Assembly (NCBI GenBank): GCA_963720465.1
Contig: OY970393.1
Span: forward strand, 1,088,001-1,152,000
Source: Methanobacteriota archaeon
GTDB lineage: Archaea > Halobacteriota > Bog-38 > Methanoflorentales > Methanoflorentaceae
Direction of reading: 5' to 3'
Length of the DNA stretch: 64,000 nt
Shown one piece after another: positions 41,472-51,517 of this stretch. Position 1 is the stretch's first letter. Each line of letters begins with the position of its first letter. The translations under genes and the position numbers were made by a program. Below the pieces are notes generated by a model. The model ran no database searches and had not been told where the DNA came from. It was given only the letters and a program-made list of their open reading frames with translations.

Positions 41472-42446
41472 CTAACGCTTTTGGTTTGCAGACACTGCGA
41501 GCGAGGACAAAGAGTGAAGGAGAATCCCTGTGACCACCATGAGCGTCCCGACGACCGTGAGAAGAATAGTAAGCATCGTTGGACCATACACGACCTTGCC
41601 CCAGTGGAGAAAGTCTTGTACAACGTACGCGCCCGCTGCCAGGCCCAGCGCGATGAGACACGCTCCAGGAGCGGTGAACACGAGGAGGGGCTTTTGAAAC
41701 TCGATGTTGCGCGCCACCCCCACAAGCACTTGCATGCCGTGACTCACCGGGTTTTTAGACGAACGCCCGACGTCATAGCGTACGTCGATTCCCACTTCCT
41801 TGATCCGCAACTGCGCCTTTGCAGCATCCATGAGCATCTCGCTGTCGATCGCGAGTTCTTCTGCAGCGAACTTGAAAAAAGGTGCGCTCTTCATCGAGAA
41901 CGCACGGAAACCACTTTGCGTGTCGGTAATGCTGATGCCCCCGTTGATTCCCCAACGGGTGACCCGGTCAAGGACTGTTTGTCCAAACCTTCGGTATCGC
42001 GGTATGTTCCTTGCCGCGCCGTTCAGATATCGACTTCCATTGACGACGTCGGCTTCGTCGAGCAAAAGCGGTTTTGTGAGCTTTGGAATATCATCTGGAT
42101 CGTGTTGGCCGTCGCCGTCAATGATAACAAGGATGTCAACCCCAGAGTGCGTTGCATATTGAAACAGATCCCGTAAGGCGGCGCCTTTGCCCAGATTTAC
42201 GTCGTGAACCAGCACGTGAGCGCCAGCCAGACGCGCGACCTCCCTCGTTTTGTCGGTTGACCCGTCGTCAACGACAACGATTTCGTCGGCGTACTGAGAA
42301 GCTCGCAAGACCAAGCTGCCGATTGCGACTTCTTCGTTGTAGCACGGAATGCCCACCATGATCTTCGACAGGCACGAATCCACAGGTATGCTGTCTGCTG
42401 GTGTCGTTGTATCTTGCGGCTCGCGCTTAAGTCCCGTCGATGCCAT
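41472..42446 (-). CDS. GT2 DPM1-like glycosyltransferase with two C-terminal TM helices
   Basis: IPCYNEE, VDDGSTD, GKGAAL, DGDGQH, GSRY, DTQSGFRAF. Confidence 0.92.
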   Translation of the reverse strand: MASTGLKREPQDTTTPADSIPVDSCLSKIMVGIPCYNEEVAIGSLVLRASQYADEIVVVDDGSTDKTREVARLAGAHVLVHDVNLGKGAALRDLFQYATHSGVDILVIIDGDGQHDPDDIPKLTKPLLLDEADVVNGSRYLNGAARNIPRYRRFGQTVLDRVTRWGINGGISITDTQSGFRAFSMKSAPFFKFAAEELAIDSEMLMDAAKAQLRIKEVGIDVRYDVGRSSKNPVSHGMQVLVGVARNIEFQKPLLVFTAPGACLIALGLAAGAYVVQDFLHWGKVVYGPTMLTILLTVVGTLMVVTGILLHSLSSLAVSANQKR

Positions 42447-42894
42447 TGTGCGAGTATGTTCTCTCAGTTTGTTTCTATTCTCGGTGCTGATGGCATAAAT
42501 GTTGTTATTTTGCCCCTTGAAACCATGGTAAGAAAGGAATGGTGGCATTATCTCCGCTCAATGAAGACCTCCAGAATCTGCTTTTTTGACAACGCTAAGG
42601 ACGTCGGACACACATGAGCGTGAGACTATGTCCGTCCGAGCTCATAGTCACAGTATCTCTCGATTTCCTTTTTTTGCAGTCCTTGGGGGCGATCGGCTAT
42701 CAACCTCTTGTGTATCCGCTCGAGCACTAAGAGAGCGCAGTATGTGAAGCCAAAGTCTCGATCCGGATGGGCGACGTTGTGAAAGCATAAGGCTTCGTCA
42801 ACGTTGCGTGCCCATTAAGGTTCTCAAATTCTTCAGAAAGATCTGTTAGCGAATGCGACTGTGGACCTTGAGCGGCTTGATATGTTTGTTTCCG

Positions 42895-43046
42895 CGTCTC
42901 CCACTTCGCTAGAACCCTGTCAAGTTTGACGATTTTTACATAGCATAACACTCTGAGCCATAAGTCGTAGTCTGGCGCCAGTATCATTGATTCGTCGTGG
43001 CCGCCAATTTCGAGAGAGCCAACTGTACAATTCAATGCAGTTCGCA
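42895..43046 (-). pseudogene. GT2 internal fragment
   Basis: LEIGGHDESMILAPDYDLWLRVL..KIVKLDRVLAKW. Confidence 0.7.
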
Positions 43047-43340
43047 ACTCAACAGTGACACGTTCGTAGATGCGCATTGCCTCAACTATTTGCTGCTAGA
43101 GGCCAAAAGCGATCGTCGGATCGGGTTCGCCGAACCAAAGATGTACCGTCTCTATGAGGGGAGGCCGCACGCCATATAGAAGACGTTCGGATGAAAAAAG
43201 ATGCCCTTGGATGCTGCGTAGCGGACCACGCTTTTGTATTCTGCAGGCGGTTCGTTTAACGCGTGGCTCGGAAAAATTCACCACAGAGGCGCAGCGGAGT
43301 TTAATATGGACCAGTCGATGAACAAAAAGGAGTCGATTTC
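43047..43340 (+). pseudogene. Decayed copy of the GT2 at 51701-52672, left part
   Basis: Aligns by eye at nucleotide level to 51973-52273, with stops and indels. Confidence 0.9.
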
Positions 43341-43385
43341 TTAGGTCAGTCGGCGCGAACAGTCGTGAGAGCAGGTAGGGTATGC

Positions 43386-43970
43386 CTGGATGAAACACAA
43401 TATCAAAGCCTTTGTTGGAAAGACGGCGACTACTCCAGTTGGGCCATTTGGAATCACGAAGATGAAGCCGATCCGACGATAATTAAATCGCACATCGAGG
43501 AACTGAACGCAAATCATGTATTCATCTCGTGCAATGCCTCGAGGAAGGACGGATATGTAAGAGACAGACCTTGAGCCAAACCTTAGGGGGTTGGAAGAAC
43601 GGCCGGAGACTCAAGTATGCATGCAATAATATTGCGACTCTACGCGGGTCTTATCTGACCCACCTGTTCAAGGGCATTAAGGAAGCGAATGCAGCAAAGG
43701 TTCGAGACAATTTGACGCGTGAGGTGGTGAACAAAAACGTTTCTTGCTTTCTTAAAGAGATCACAGACATTGGCACCACAAAAAAGACGGTCTATGTAGT
43801 TCTAGGCGCCGAGGCTGAGAAACAGTTCAGGAAACATTTCTTGAATAAGATGGGGGATGTCAATGTCATTTATATACCTACTATTCCTACTATGGCCGGC
43901 GCGTGACTGATAAAGAATGGGTAAGGGACTCTAGAAAAAACTTGGAATTAAGGCTAATTACGAAACGATA
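43386..43970 (+). pseudogene. Disrupted gene with uracil-DNA-glycosylase-fold-like motifs
   Basis: YSSWAIW, HVFISCNAS, P*AN, GSYLTHLFK, VVLGAEA, IP.YS spread over a stop and frameshifts. Confidence 0.55.
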
Positions 43971-44439
43971 CGCCAAAAATACAGATCATGGGGTAATGGT
44001 GCACAAGCGCCTTTTCCTCGGCACGCTTCTCGACAGGCAACGCCTCGAATGAAAGTTTGATGCGTCAAAAACAGCGGTGATATCAAAACTGCCTTGGCGT
44101 ATGCAGTGCACATTAGCACATTCAGATAAACGCTGTCGAAACGGTTGCATCTCTACTCTTCTTTTTTCATCATCCTGGTTCGTAACGCCGTTATAGTGGG
44201 CCCGATCATAATACTTTAACCGCGTCCGGACACCGATAATGGCCTCGAAAATGGCGGGGGCCGTGACGATCCTAATCACTTCTCAAATAGAGAAAATGTA
44301 TCCTAAATCGTCCTCTTGTATAAGGCTCATCGTATACTTTCGAGTTCAACGTCTTCGGCCTGTTTCAATGATGAGACAGTTACAAACGACAACCTGTCTG
44401 CGGGTCAAATCGAGGTTGATTCACAGTTTCGGTTCGGAG

Positions 44440-44600
44440 AAGCTTCTTTTTGTGCTCTTGAAACTCTTGTTCTGTGACGACGCATTGATCTCGCAGCGTT
44501 TCTAGTTTCGCAAGCTCATCGAGTGCGCTCACCTGCGGTTGCTGCGGTTGCATTGTCAAGCCCTCGCCTGCCATCATTTGCTTAATGCGCTTTTCTATCG
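44440..44600 (-). pseudogene. SHOCT domain fragment
   Basis: SALDELAKLETLRDQCVVTEQEFQEHKKKLL. Confidence 0.7.
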
Positions 44601-44664
44601 TTTGTGAAGGAGGCGATAAGGTATGCCCCAACGCCGCCGCCCGAATGAGCTTGAAAAGCAGAAT

Positions 44665-45627
44665 TTAGTTTTTTCTCAAGCAAAAGGCGGCCCGGTCTCC
44701 CTGTTGAGCCCTGTTCAATTGCTTGGCCAACTTCTTAAACACTCTCATCTGCCGCGCATTGAAAGCCCTCTCTGCATTCTCTGACGTTAATGGGATGCCC
44801 CTCACATATTGTTCGCTGCCAACGAATTGGAACGTTCCTGAGTCAAATACAGTATGTTCCAAGGTCAAGTCGGTTTTTTCGAGCAAGAATTCAAAGCTTT
44901 TGACGGTGTGGATCGTATAATGGCGCGGTGCATCTAATTGTACCCAGTTGGTGCCATACAGATCCCAAATGTATTCCGTTTTCACAGGCATTCTGATCAA
45001 ACAAACGCCATTTTTACTTAGTAATGCTGATGTTTTCTGAAGAGCCCCGAGCTGATCCGCTAGGTGCTCAAAAGAGTGATTGAAGATGATCACGTCGAAT
45101 TTGCCGCTGTCTGCCAGATCTTCAATGGTGATACTAAGTATTTTCACTCCGGCGCCTATGTGCGCCGGCGCGTACGGATCTATCCCAGTAAGATCGGCAA
45201 AACCAAGGTCCAGCAAATAATCGAGCAAATTGCCGGCGCCGCAGCCAACGTCTAGAATTCTCGAATTGGTTCTCACATGTGCGTCGCCCATTAGGCCAAA
45301 CAGAGAGGCAAATCCAGAGCTCTTAGAGGAGGCTGCATTAATTAATCGCCCCGTAATACCTTTCTTAAACAGTGTGTAACGATCTTTCTTTTTTCCCAGA
45401 GCTGCTATAAAATTCCAGTCTTGTCGATACTTAACTTTCTTAAATGGGTCATAATCTGAAGGATAGGCTTCTTCCATATCGCTCGGTTGATCGATTATTT
45501 GAAGAGAACCGCAGGCCGAACACTCGAAATACTTAAACACTTCTTTTGAGCCAAAATACATTTCTCTAACGAGAAGGGCCCTGTTTCCGTCCGCATTATT
45601 GCAAATCTTGCAAATCTTACAAATCAT
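44665..45627 (-). CDS. Class I SAM-dependent methyltransferase with N-terminal Cys motifs
   Basis: CKIC, ECSACG, ILDVGCGAG, HSFEH, WVQLDAPRH. Confidence 0.9.
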   Translation of the reverse strand: MICKICKICNNADGNRALLVREMYFGSKEVFKYFECSACGSLQIIDQPSDMEEAYPSDYDPFKKVKYRQDWNFIAALGKKKDRYTLFKKGITGRLINAASSKSSGFASLFGLMGDAHVRTNSRILDVGCGAGNLLDYLLDLGFADLTGIDPYAPAHIGAGVKILSITIEDLADSGKFDVIIFNHSFEHLADQLGALQKTSALLSKNGVCLIRMPVKTEYIWDLYGTNWVQLDAPRHYTIHTVKSFEFLLEKTDLTLEHTVFDSGTFQFVGSEQYVRGIPLTSENAERAFNARQMRVFKKLAKQLNRAQQGDRAAFCLRKN

Positions 45628-45670
45628 TTACAGTCTTACCTGTGTTAAGATGATAAAACGGCGGCGTGAT

Positions 45671-45943
45671 AGCTTAAGTGTTGTCGTTTAGCTGCGCGCG
45701 TGATACGTCAAGTCTCATAGGCTGACGCATCGCACGCCTATCTCCTGCCTCTATCAAGTGCAACCGTCCCCTTGAGTGCAAGCAGGGCTATCTGTACGCG
45801 TGCAATGCCGAAACTACTGCGGTTCTAGACCAATTAAACATGCCACCAAAAAACTCCTTTGTTGTGCGGGTGGGCCGCGTTTGAAGCGTTAGCAGATAAG
45901 ACTTAACGTCAAACGTGCGCAGCTAAACGACAACACATAAGCT
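45671..45943. repeat. 273-bp element bounded by 48-bp inverted repeats (MITE-like)
   Basis: 45671-45718 matches the reverse complement of 45896-45943 at 41/48. Confidence 0.85.
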
Positions 45944-45957
45944 TCATTGAACCTGTC

Positions 45958-47820
45958 TTATTGGACCAGCGGGACCGCTCCCACGTCCACCGTAACGATG
46001 CCTGACGACGCCGGATACTCACTGTCACCTGCAAACTCGGCGTGATAGATTATTTCCCCTTTCGTGCTAAAGGGGCCGGTGAACCCATAAGTGCCGTTGA
46101 CGGTGTTAAACGTCCCTTTCTCAATGCGCACCCCGTTTACGGTACACCATAGATGGACAGGTTCAGACAGTCCAGTAGTGCCGCTCTTGAGGGTGACGTT
46201 GAAGGTGACCGATTGGCCGACGGCGGGGGTGGTGTTGGAGGCAGTGATGGTGGTGGAGGTCGCTCCCACGTTCACCCTAACGCTGTCTGACGACGCCGCA
46301 TACTCACTGTCACCGGCGAATGAGGCGTAGTAGGTGCGTGTGCCGGCTGAGCCAAAGCTCGTGGTGACGGAGATCTGGCCGGTAGCGTTGGTGGTCTTGG
46401 TGGTGTCGTTGTAGCGAACGCCGTTGAGGTAGTGGTAGATGGCGACGGACTCAGACGGGAGGGCCGTTGTGCCGCTCTTGAGGGTGACGTTGAAGGCGAC
46501 GGGTTGGTTGACGGCGGGGGCGGGGTTTGACGTTGCGAGAATTACAGCCGTGCTTTGTTGACCGGATTGCGCGCTGGTCACGGAGTCTGCACCGCTTAAT
46601 GTAGTAAATTCGACGTTATTTGTCTTTAACCACTGTATGTACTGGCTCAATATATTTACCATAGTGGTGTTGACGTCGCCTGTCGTGCTATTCTCGTATT
46701 TCCAGTTGTGGTATGTGATAACGATGTCGTTGACCGATGTATTTTTAAGCAAAGGCTCAGTTTGGCTCACTAAGGAGTTGTAGGTTGAGGGTGTGTCAAT
46801 GTCAATGGCGCGCCCACCTGTGATCGTAAGACCTCCTACACTTGTTGTTGATCCAAACTCACCCGGGTAGGAGCAGTAAACGGTAAAACCGAGCTCGTTA
46901 AGCACCTTCAAGGTATTTTCGTCCCCAGTATTAAACGGCGGGACAAAGGTCGTCGGCGCAACGCCGAACGCATTCTGCATCAAACTGCTCCCATCTGCTA
47001 TGAGCCTCTCTTGCTCATAGTACGGCATCCCTCGAAACTCAGTGGGTACTGTAATGCCATACAGTTTGCTGTTGTCGCAATGTTCATACCCGTGTTGGGC
47101 GAGCTCGAACAGACCGCTCGACACAAGAGGCTGCAAATAATCGACAAACGTCGCGGATGAATTCTCGGTAGGCACCACGGACTGGCCAGTCGACACAAGA
47201 GACCGCAAGTATTCGTTAAACGAGTCGGATGAGTTCACGGACATCTCGGATGAGGTCACGATTGACACGTTGGAAATGCTTTGGCTTTGCGCCGGAAACG
47301 ACAGAGCTGGTATCACGCTGAGTGTTACGGGCACACCTTCGTCAACGTGCACCTGGTTAACCGCTTCGAGCCCGCCCATCGACAAAGGTGTAACATCGTC
47401 ATCGCGGAACATCACGCGCGTCCTACTAATCCTAGTATCTATTGTAATGCAGCTCGTTTTTGGAGAGTAGATAGAATCGCCGGCGAATTTGATCATCCAG
47501 TTTACCTCTGCGGCGCCGGTCGAGGAGCTAAAGTCATAGCGCCCATCAACGTTGGTCGTAACGGTCTTCAGATAATTCCAGCTTGATTGGCCCGGCAACT
47601 TATAGTAGACGAGGACGTGTTTGTCAGGGATCGGAGTTCCCGACCACGTGAGCCAACCACATACGGTGTACGTCTGACCGCGAAGTGGGTTTGTGGGAAC
47701 GCAGATAGCCGATAGCGTTGGAGTTTTAGTTGCTGCCGCAGAAACGGTTACAGCGCCTGCGAATACCACGGTGATGAGAAGAATGACTACAGAAAATGAG
47801 ACGATTTTGTATACGCGCAT
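45958..47820 (-). CDS. Secreted DUF2334 polysaccharide deacetylase with three Ig-like domains
   Basis: Signal peptide, FRDDD, LAQHGYEH, FVPPFN, ITYH; three FAGDS-containing domains. Confidence 0.85.
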   Translation of the reverse strand: MRVYKIVSFSVVILLITVVFAGAVTVSAAATKTPTLSAICVPTNPLRGQTYTVCGWLTWSGTPIPDKHVLVYYKLPGQSSWNYLKTVTTNVDGRYDFSSSTGAAEVNWMIKFAGDSIYSPKTSCITIDTRISRTRVMFRDDDVTPLSMGGLEAVNQVHVDEGVPVTLSVIPALSFPAQSQSISNVSIVTSSEMSVNSSDSFNEYLRSLVSTGQSVVPTENSSATFVDYLQPLVSSGLFELAQHGYEHCDNSKLYGITVPTEFRGMPYYEQERLIADGSSLMQNAFGVAPTTFVPPFNTGDENTLKVLNELGFTVYCSYPGEFGSTTSVGGLTITGGRAIDIDTPSTYNSLVSQTEPLLKNTSVNDIVITYHNWKYENSTTGDVNTTMVNILSQYIQWLKTNNVEFTTLSGADSVTSAQSGQQSTAVILATSNPAPAVNQPVAFNVTLKSGTTALPSESVAIYHYLNGVRYNDTTKTTNATGQISVTTSFGSAGTRTYYASFAGDSEYAASSDSVRVNVGATSTTITASNTTPAVGQSVTFNVTLKSGTTGLSEPVHLWCTVNGVRIEKGTFNTVNGTYGFTGPFSTKGEIIYHAEFAGDSEYPASSGIVTVDVGAVPLVQ

Positions 47821-48019
47821 GGTGCCTCTTGCAACGTTTTTTGACACGCAGCAACGTGTCACTGAGCCTGATAAAAGCTGCGGTCTTAAACGGATAACGA
47901 AAAGCGGTGCTCAGTGCGCTCTGCTTTTTAGCCGCATGCGACCGACAAATTGCCGCTTTGTCGACTGTTTTCTTCACTTTTACGTGCAAAACTGATTGCC
48001 GTTCAAAATGGCGACCATT

Positions 48020-48047
48020 ATTGCCGATAACACGCCTTTTCGGCACT
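48020..48047. other. dif-like tyrosine recombinase site (11-6-11)
   Basis: ATTGCCGATAA-CACGCC-TTTTCGGCACT; arms match 9/11 as inverted repeats; ends 1 bp before the integrase ATG. Confidence 0.5.
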
Positions 48048-48048
48048 G

Positions 48049-48576
48049 ATGAAGAGCATCACCGACTACGTCGAGAAGGAGCAGGTTGATCAGGTGCTCG
48101 CAGCGGCGCACCAGTGCAGCCGGCGGGACTACCTCACGCTGCGGGTGCTGCGGCGCATTGGGGTGCGCGTCAACGAGTTGCTTATCATCACGCCACGCGA
48201 CATCGAACCAAACAACAGCGTGGTCGACGTGACGAAGGCGAAAGGATGGAAGCAGTGGAGAGTGCATTTGGACGCAGAGACGATCAAAATGCTCTCCGAA
48301 TACGTTTCTGCACAACAACTCCCTGATGATCAACCCATCTCTACCCTCAAACAACGGCAGGTGCGGAACATCGTCAAGCGCTATGGTTCGGTCATCGGAA
48401 AAGACCTCCATCCGCACACCTTTAGACACTCATATGCGATCCACTGCGTGCGAAACGGATGAGACATACGACGGCTGCAGCAGGTGCTCGGCGATTCGAG
48501 TCTGAACGTGATGGCGGTCTATCTGCAGTTCAACGACCAAGATATGAAGGAGCTTTACGATAAAACACCATTCTAG
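48049..48576 (+). pseudogene. Small tyrosine recombinase/integrase (catalytic domain only), internal TGA
   Basis: GVRVNELL, KAKG.K, HPHTFRHSYA, G*DIRRLQQVLGDSSL...VYL; stop at 48460-48462; LGH changed to LGD. Confidence 0.9.
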
Positions 48577-48619
48577 CTGATCGCTAAATGAATACTCAAA
48601 GGAGTCTGAAGGACACAAA

Positions 48620-48735
48620 ATGACACCTGACGAGCTGCAACTCATTTTAGACGAATGGGAAGGACAAAAAATCGAGTTTAAGGAGGCCGTGTCGTCGACA
48701 AAGAACTCGCCGCCTTTGCCAAGCTTCGGTGGTCG
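48620..48735 (+). pseudogene. AlbA_2/Schlafen-domain N-terminal fragment
   Basis: MTPDELQLILDEWEGQKIEFKEAVS, then degenerates before the insert boundary. Confidence 0.65.
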
Positions 48736-48744
48736 CATCTTCCT

Positions 48745-48884
48745 GAGGACGTGCGAATTAGTAAAGGAGGGATATAATCAACAGAATTGGGCTACTCGAT
48801 GCGACGTATTTTGCCTATTTGGAAGACATTGACTGGTGCTTGAGGGGCGCAGGACGCCTGGTATGCAACGGTCTTTGTTCCACG
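48745..48884 (+). pseudogene. Decayed copy of the GT2 at 51701-52672, right part
   Basis: Aligns by eye to 52277-52416 (GGGCTACTCGATGC...TTGACTGGTGCTTGAGGGG...GGTCTTTGTTCCACG). Confidence 0.9.
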
Positions 48885-49090
48885 CAGGCAAGTGCGAACC
48901 GTGGCGAGGAGCATTGTCGTGCCTCCGTGTTGCCACGTCGCGCGCCACGACTCGGCAGCTAGACGTCAAAAAATTTGGCGCGGCAGGGACAAGTTTTAGG
49001 GTGATGGGGTGCTCGGCTTTGCTGTCGAACGCGCAGCAATACGGGTATGTAGTTGTTCACGAATAGCTACAGGCACACGTTTGAAACGTC

Positions 49091-50221
49091 GTGATTCGCG
49101 TGAAGATATTAATCATTACTCCAAGCTATTACCCCTGTATTGGGGGCTTAGAAGTGGCTGTCAAAGAGGTTACTGAACGGCTCGCTCACAAAGGCCACGT
49201 CTGTTCTCTCTTCACGCTGAATACGTGCGACGCCAAAAAGGAGGAGGAATTCAATCGGGTTCATGTCACGCGGTTTCCTGCACGCATGAGCAAACTCCTG
49301 TTCGGCCTAAGTCCGGAGATGCTCGTCTATACAGTAAAAAACCGGCGTATCTTCAGCACTTTCGACATCGTGCATGTACATGGTTATTGGTCGCTACTGA
49401 CTTTGCAGATGATTTTTCTCACAAAGAAGTTGGTTCACTCAAAACAAAAGGTAATATGCTCACCGTACTATCACGCGATGGGACACACGAAGGTCGCTAG
49501 TATCCTACACAGAATCTTGCTCCCGTTTGGACAATGGACACTTCGGCAAGCTGACGCATTGATCTGCGTTTCAGATTACGAATCATCGTTGCTTCGGCAT
49601 AGTTTCCCAATCCCGCCTGACAAGGTATGGACCATTCCACCTGGAGTGGAAAGAATAGAGGAGCGAAGAAAACAGAAAAAAAAGGGGGGGCGGCCTATTT
49701 CACTCCTCTATGTCGGGCGCGTGGAACGGTACAAAGGGGTACAGTTTATCCTGAGAGCTATGGCACGACTCAGCACAGATTACCAAGTGAATTCGTCTTT
49801 GACCATAGTTGGAGAGGGAACATACGCCGGTGAATTAAGAGACAGCATCAGAAGACTTGGGCTCGAAGGGTCAGTTAGATGGCTGGCTAATCTTCGAGTT
49901 GAAGAGCTAGACAAGGAATACGCAGACGCCGACACGCTTCTTTTGCTTTCGGAGATGGAATCATATGGGCTTGTCGTAGCTGAAGCACTGGCGCTCGGAA
50001 CCCCCTGTATCGTAAGCAATACGTCAGCTCTTACTGAGTTTCTAAACGAACCAGGGTGTTTTGGTATTGAGCATCCACCTGATGATGGTGCGCTTGCAAA
50101 TTTGATATTAAACGTGTACAATGATGATGCCATCGTAGGTCAATTAAGCAAAAAGGTGCGTACATGGGACCAAGTCGTAGATGATTACGTGCGCGCTTAT
50201 TCTAGCGCGCTTGAGACTTGA
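49091..50221 (+). CDS. GT4 glycosyltransferase
   Basis: YYPCIGGLE, HVHG, YVGRVERYKG, ESYGLVVAEALALGTP. Confidence 0.92.
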   Translation: MIRVKILIITPSYYPCIGGLEVAVKEVTERLAHKGHVCSLFTLNTCDAKKEEEFNRVHVTRFPARMSKLLFGLSPEMLVYTVKNRRIFSTFDIVHVHGYWSLLTLQMIFLTKKLVHSKQKVICSPYYHAMGHTKVASILHRILLPFGQWTLRQADALICVSDYESSLLRHSFPIPPDKVWTIPPGVERIEERRKQKKKGGRPISLLYVGRVERYKGVQFILRAMARLSTDYQVNSSLTIVGEGTYAGELRDSIRRLGLEGSVRWLANLRVEELDKEYADADTLLLLSEMESYGLVVAEALALGTPCIVSNTSALTEFLNEPGCFGIEHPPDDGALANLILNVYNDDAIVGQLSKKVRTWDQVVDDYVRAYSSALET

Positions 50222-50335
50222 TTCGATTCGCGCGTCGAGAGGTAGCGTTTTGAACATAACGCGCGAAGGAGCCATGAGATAATCCTGCGTAGGATAAGCC
50301 TTGCTTAACAACAAACAGGATCCGCTTAGGAACAT

Positions 50336-51517
50336 ATGAAAGCGTCAATTGACGACCGAAAAACTTGCCATTCTGTGCTTCATCTGATTGACATATTTGA
50401 CGCGCGCTACGAGCGGGATCAACAGCGAATTGTCGCCCTCCAGTCGGAGAGCGAGTATAGTGTGACTGTCGTTACGTCAAAATATAATGACGAGTGGCGT
50501 CGAAGCCCACGCAGCGCGTTTAGAGAATGGGAGGCAGGTCTCAAAGGAGTTGACGTCCGCCACTCTCCATCAGTTAAGTTACCGTTTTTCGAAACGGCGG
50601 TTTATTTCCCAAGGCCTCGTGCATTATGCAACTATGACATCATTCACGCTTATGGGCCGTGGGCCTATTCTTCATATCTTGCGTGCATTCTTAAGGAGTT
50701 CACATCCACCCCGGTCGTTATGCGGGCTGATTTCTCTGAACCGGGGTACCAGAGGGCAAAACGAAGCCTCTTTTGGAGAGCGCTGCTGCACGCACAGTTC
50801 AGATACGCAGACGCCATAACGACGTTCACGCAAACGGAAAAGCATTATCTAACTGATCTCGGGATCGCCGAAAGGAAAATATGGGTGATTCCCGTGGGGG
50901 TAGACTTAGCCAAGTTCGGCAATACAGTGAACAGCGCGAGACCAGAAAACGAGCCTGTTATTGGCTATATTGGTCGTTTCGCTCCGCTTAAAGGCGTACA
51001 CCGTTTGGTCGCCCCTCTCTCTCAGATTTTGCACGAGTACGAAAACGTCAAGGTGATATTCGCAGGTCCACAATACGATCGCGCGTACTTCGCACGCATC
51101 CTTAAGGAGATGAGTCAATTTGTGAATTTCACGTACATCGGGACGCCGCAGGATTCAACTACATTCTTCGATCAATGCGACATCATTGTAATTCCAGGGA
51201 TGAGAGATACCGGTGCCATTACAGCGAAAGAGGCAATGGCCGCTGGCAAAGCCGTTGTTGCCTTTAACGTGTACCCCTTCAATTCTTATATCGCAAACGA
51301 AATATCCGGCTTGCTGATCGACGCCGAGAACGATATCTACGAAAGCTGCAAACGACTTATTGAAGACTCGCGTTTTCGAGCGAGGATTCAAAAAGCGGCG
51401 TTAGTTCAGGCGCGTGAGTTTGGTGATCGTGAAATGGTACGGAAAATCGAGACGATGTACGATTCTATTCTTACTTTTAAACGGGGCGGCGAGCACCAGA
51501 GGCGATTGTCGCAATAG
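50336..51517 (+). CDS. GT4 glycosyltransferase
   Basis: IPVGVD, YIGRFAPLKG, DTGAITAKEAMAAGKAVV. Confidence 0.88.
   Translation: MKASIDDRKTCHSVLHLIDIFDARYERDQQRIVALQSESEYSVTVVTSKYNDEWRRSPRSAFREWEAGLKGVDVRHSPSVKLPFFETAVYFPRPRALCNYDIIHAYGPWAYSSYLACILKEFTSTPVVMRADFSEPGYQRAKRSLFWRALLHAQFRYADAITTFTQTEKHYLTDLGIAERKIWVIPVGVDLAKFGNTVNSARPENEPVIGYIGRFAPLKGVHRLVAPLSQILHEYENVKVIFAGPQYDRAYFARILKEMSQFVNFTYIGTPQDSTTFFDQCDIIVIPGMRDTGAITAKEAMAAGKAVVAFNVYPFNSYIANEISGLLIDAENDIYESCKRLIEDSRFRARIQKAALVQAREFGDREMVRKIETMYDSILTFKRGGEHQRRLSQ

Larger units (their letters stand above)
43341..48744. mobile_element. Putative decayed ~5.4-kb insertion splitting a GT2 pseudogene
   Basis: Flanks match contiguous parts of the intact GT2; contains a tyrosine recombinase pseudogene. 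Confidence 0.6.

Noticed and set aside
41028-42176. 382-aa plus-strand ORF
   Set aside because: Antisense shadow of the GT2 at 41472-42446; no protein-like features
43572-48462. TGA recoding, since in-frame TGA occurs at likely Trp positions in two genes
   Set aside because: Both genes have other lesions, and many intact genes here end in TGA; TGG-to-TGA decay is simpler
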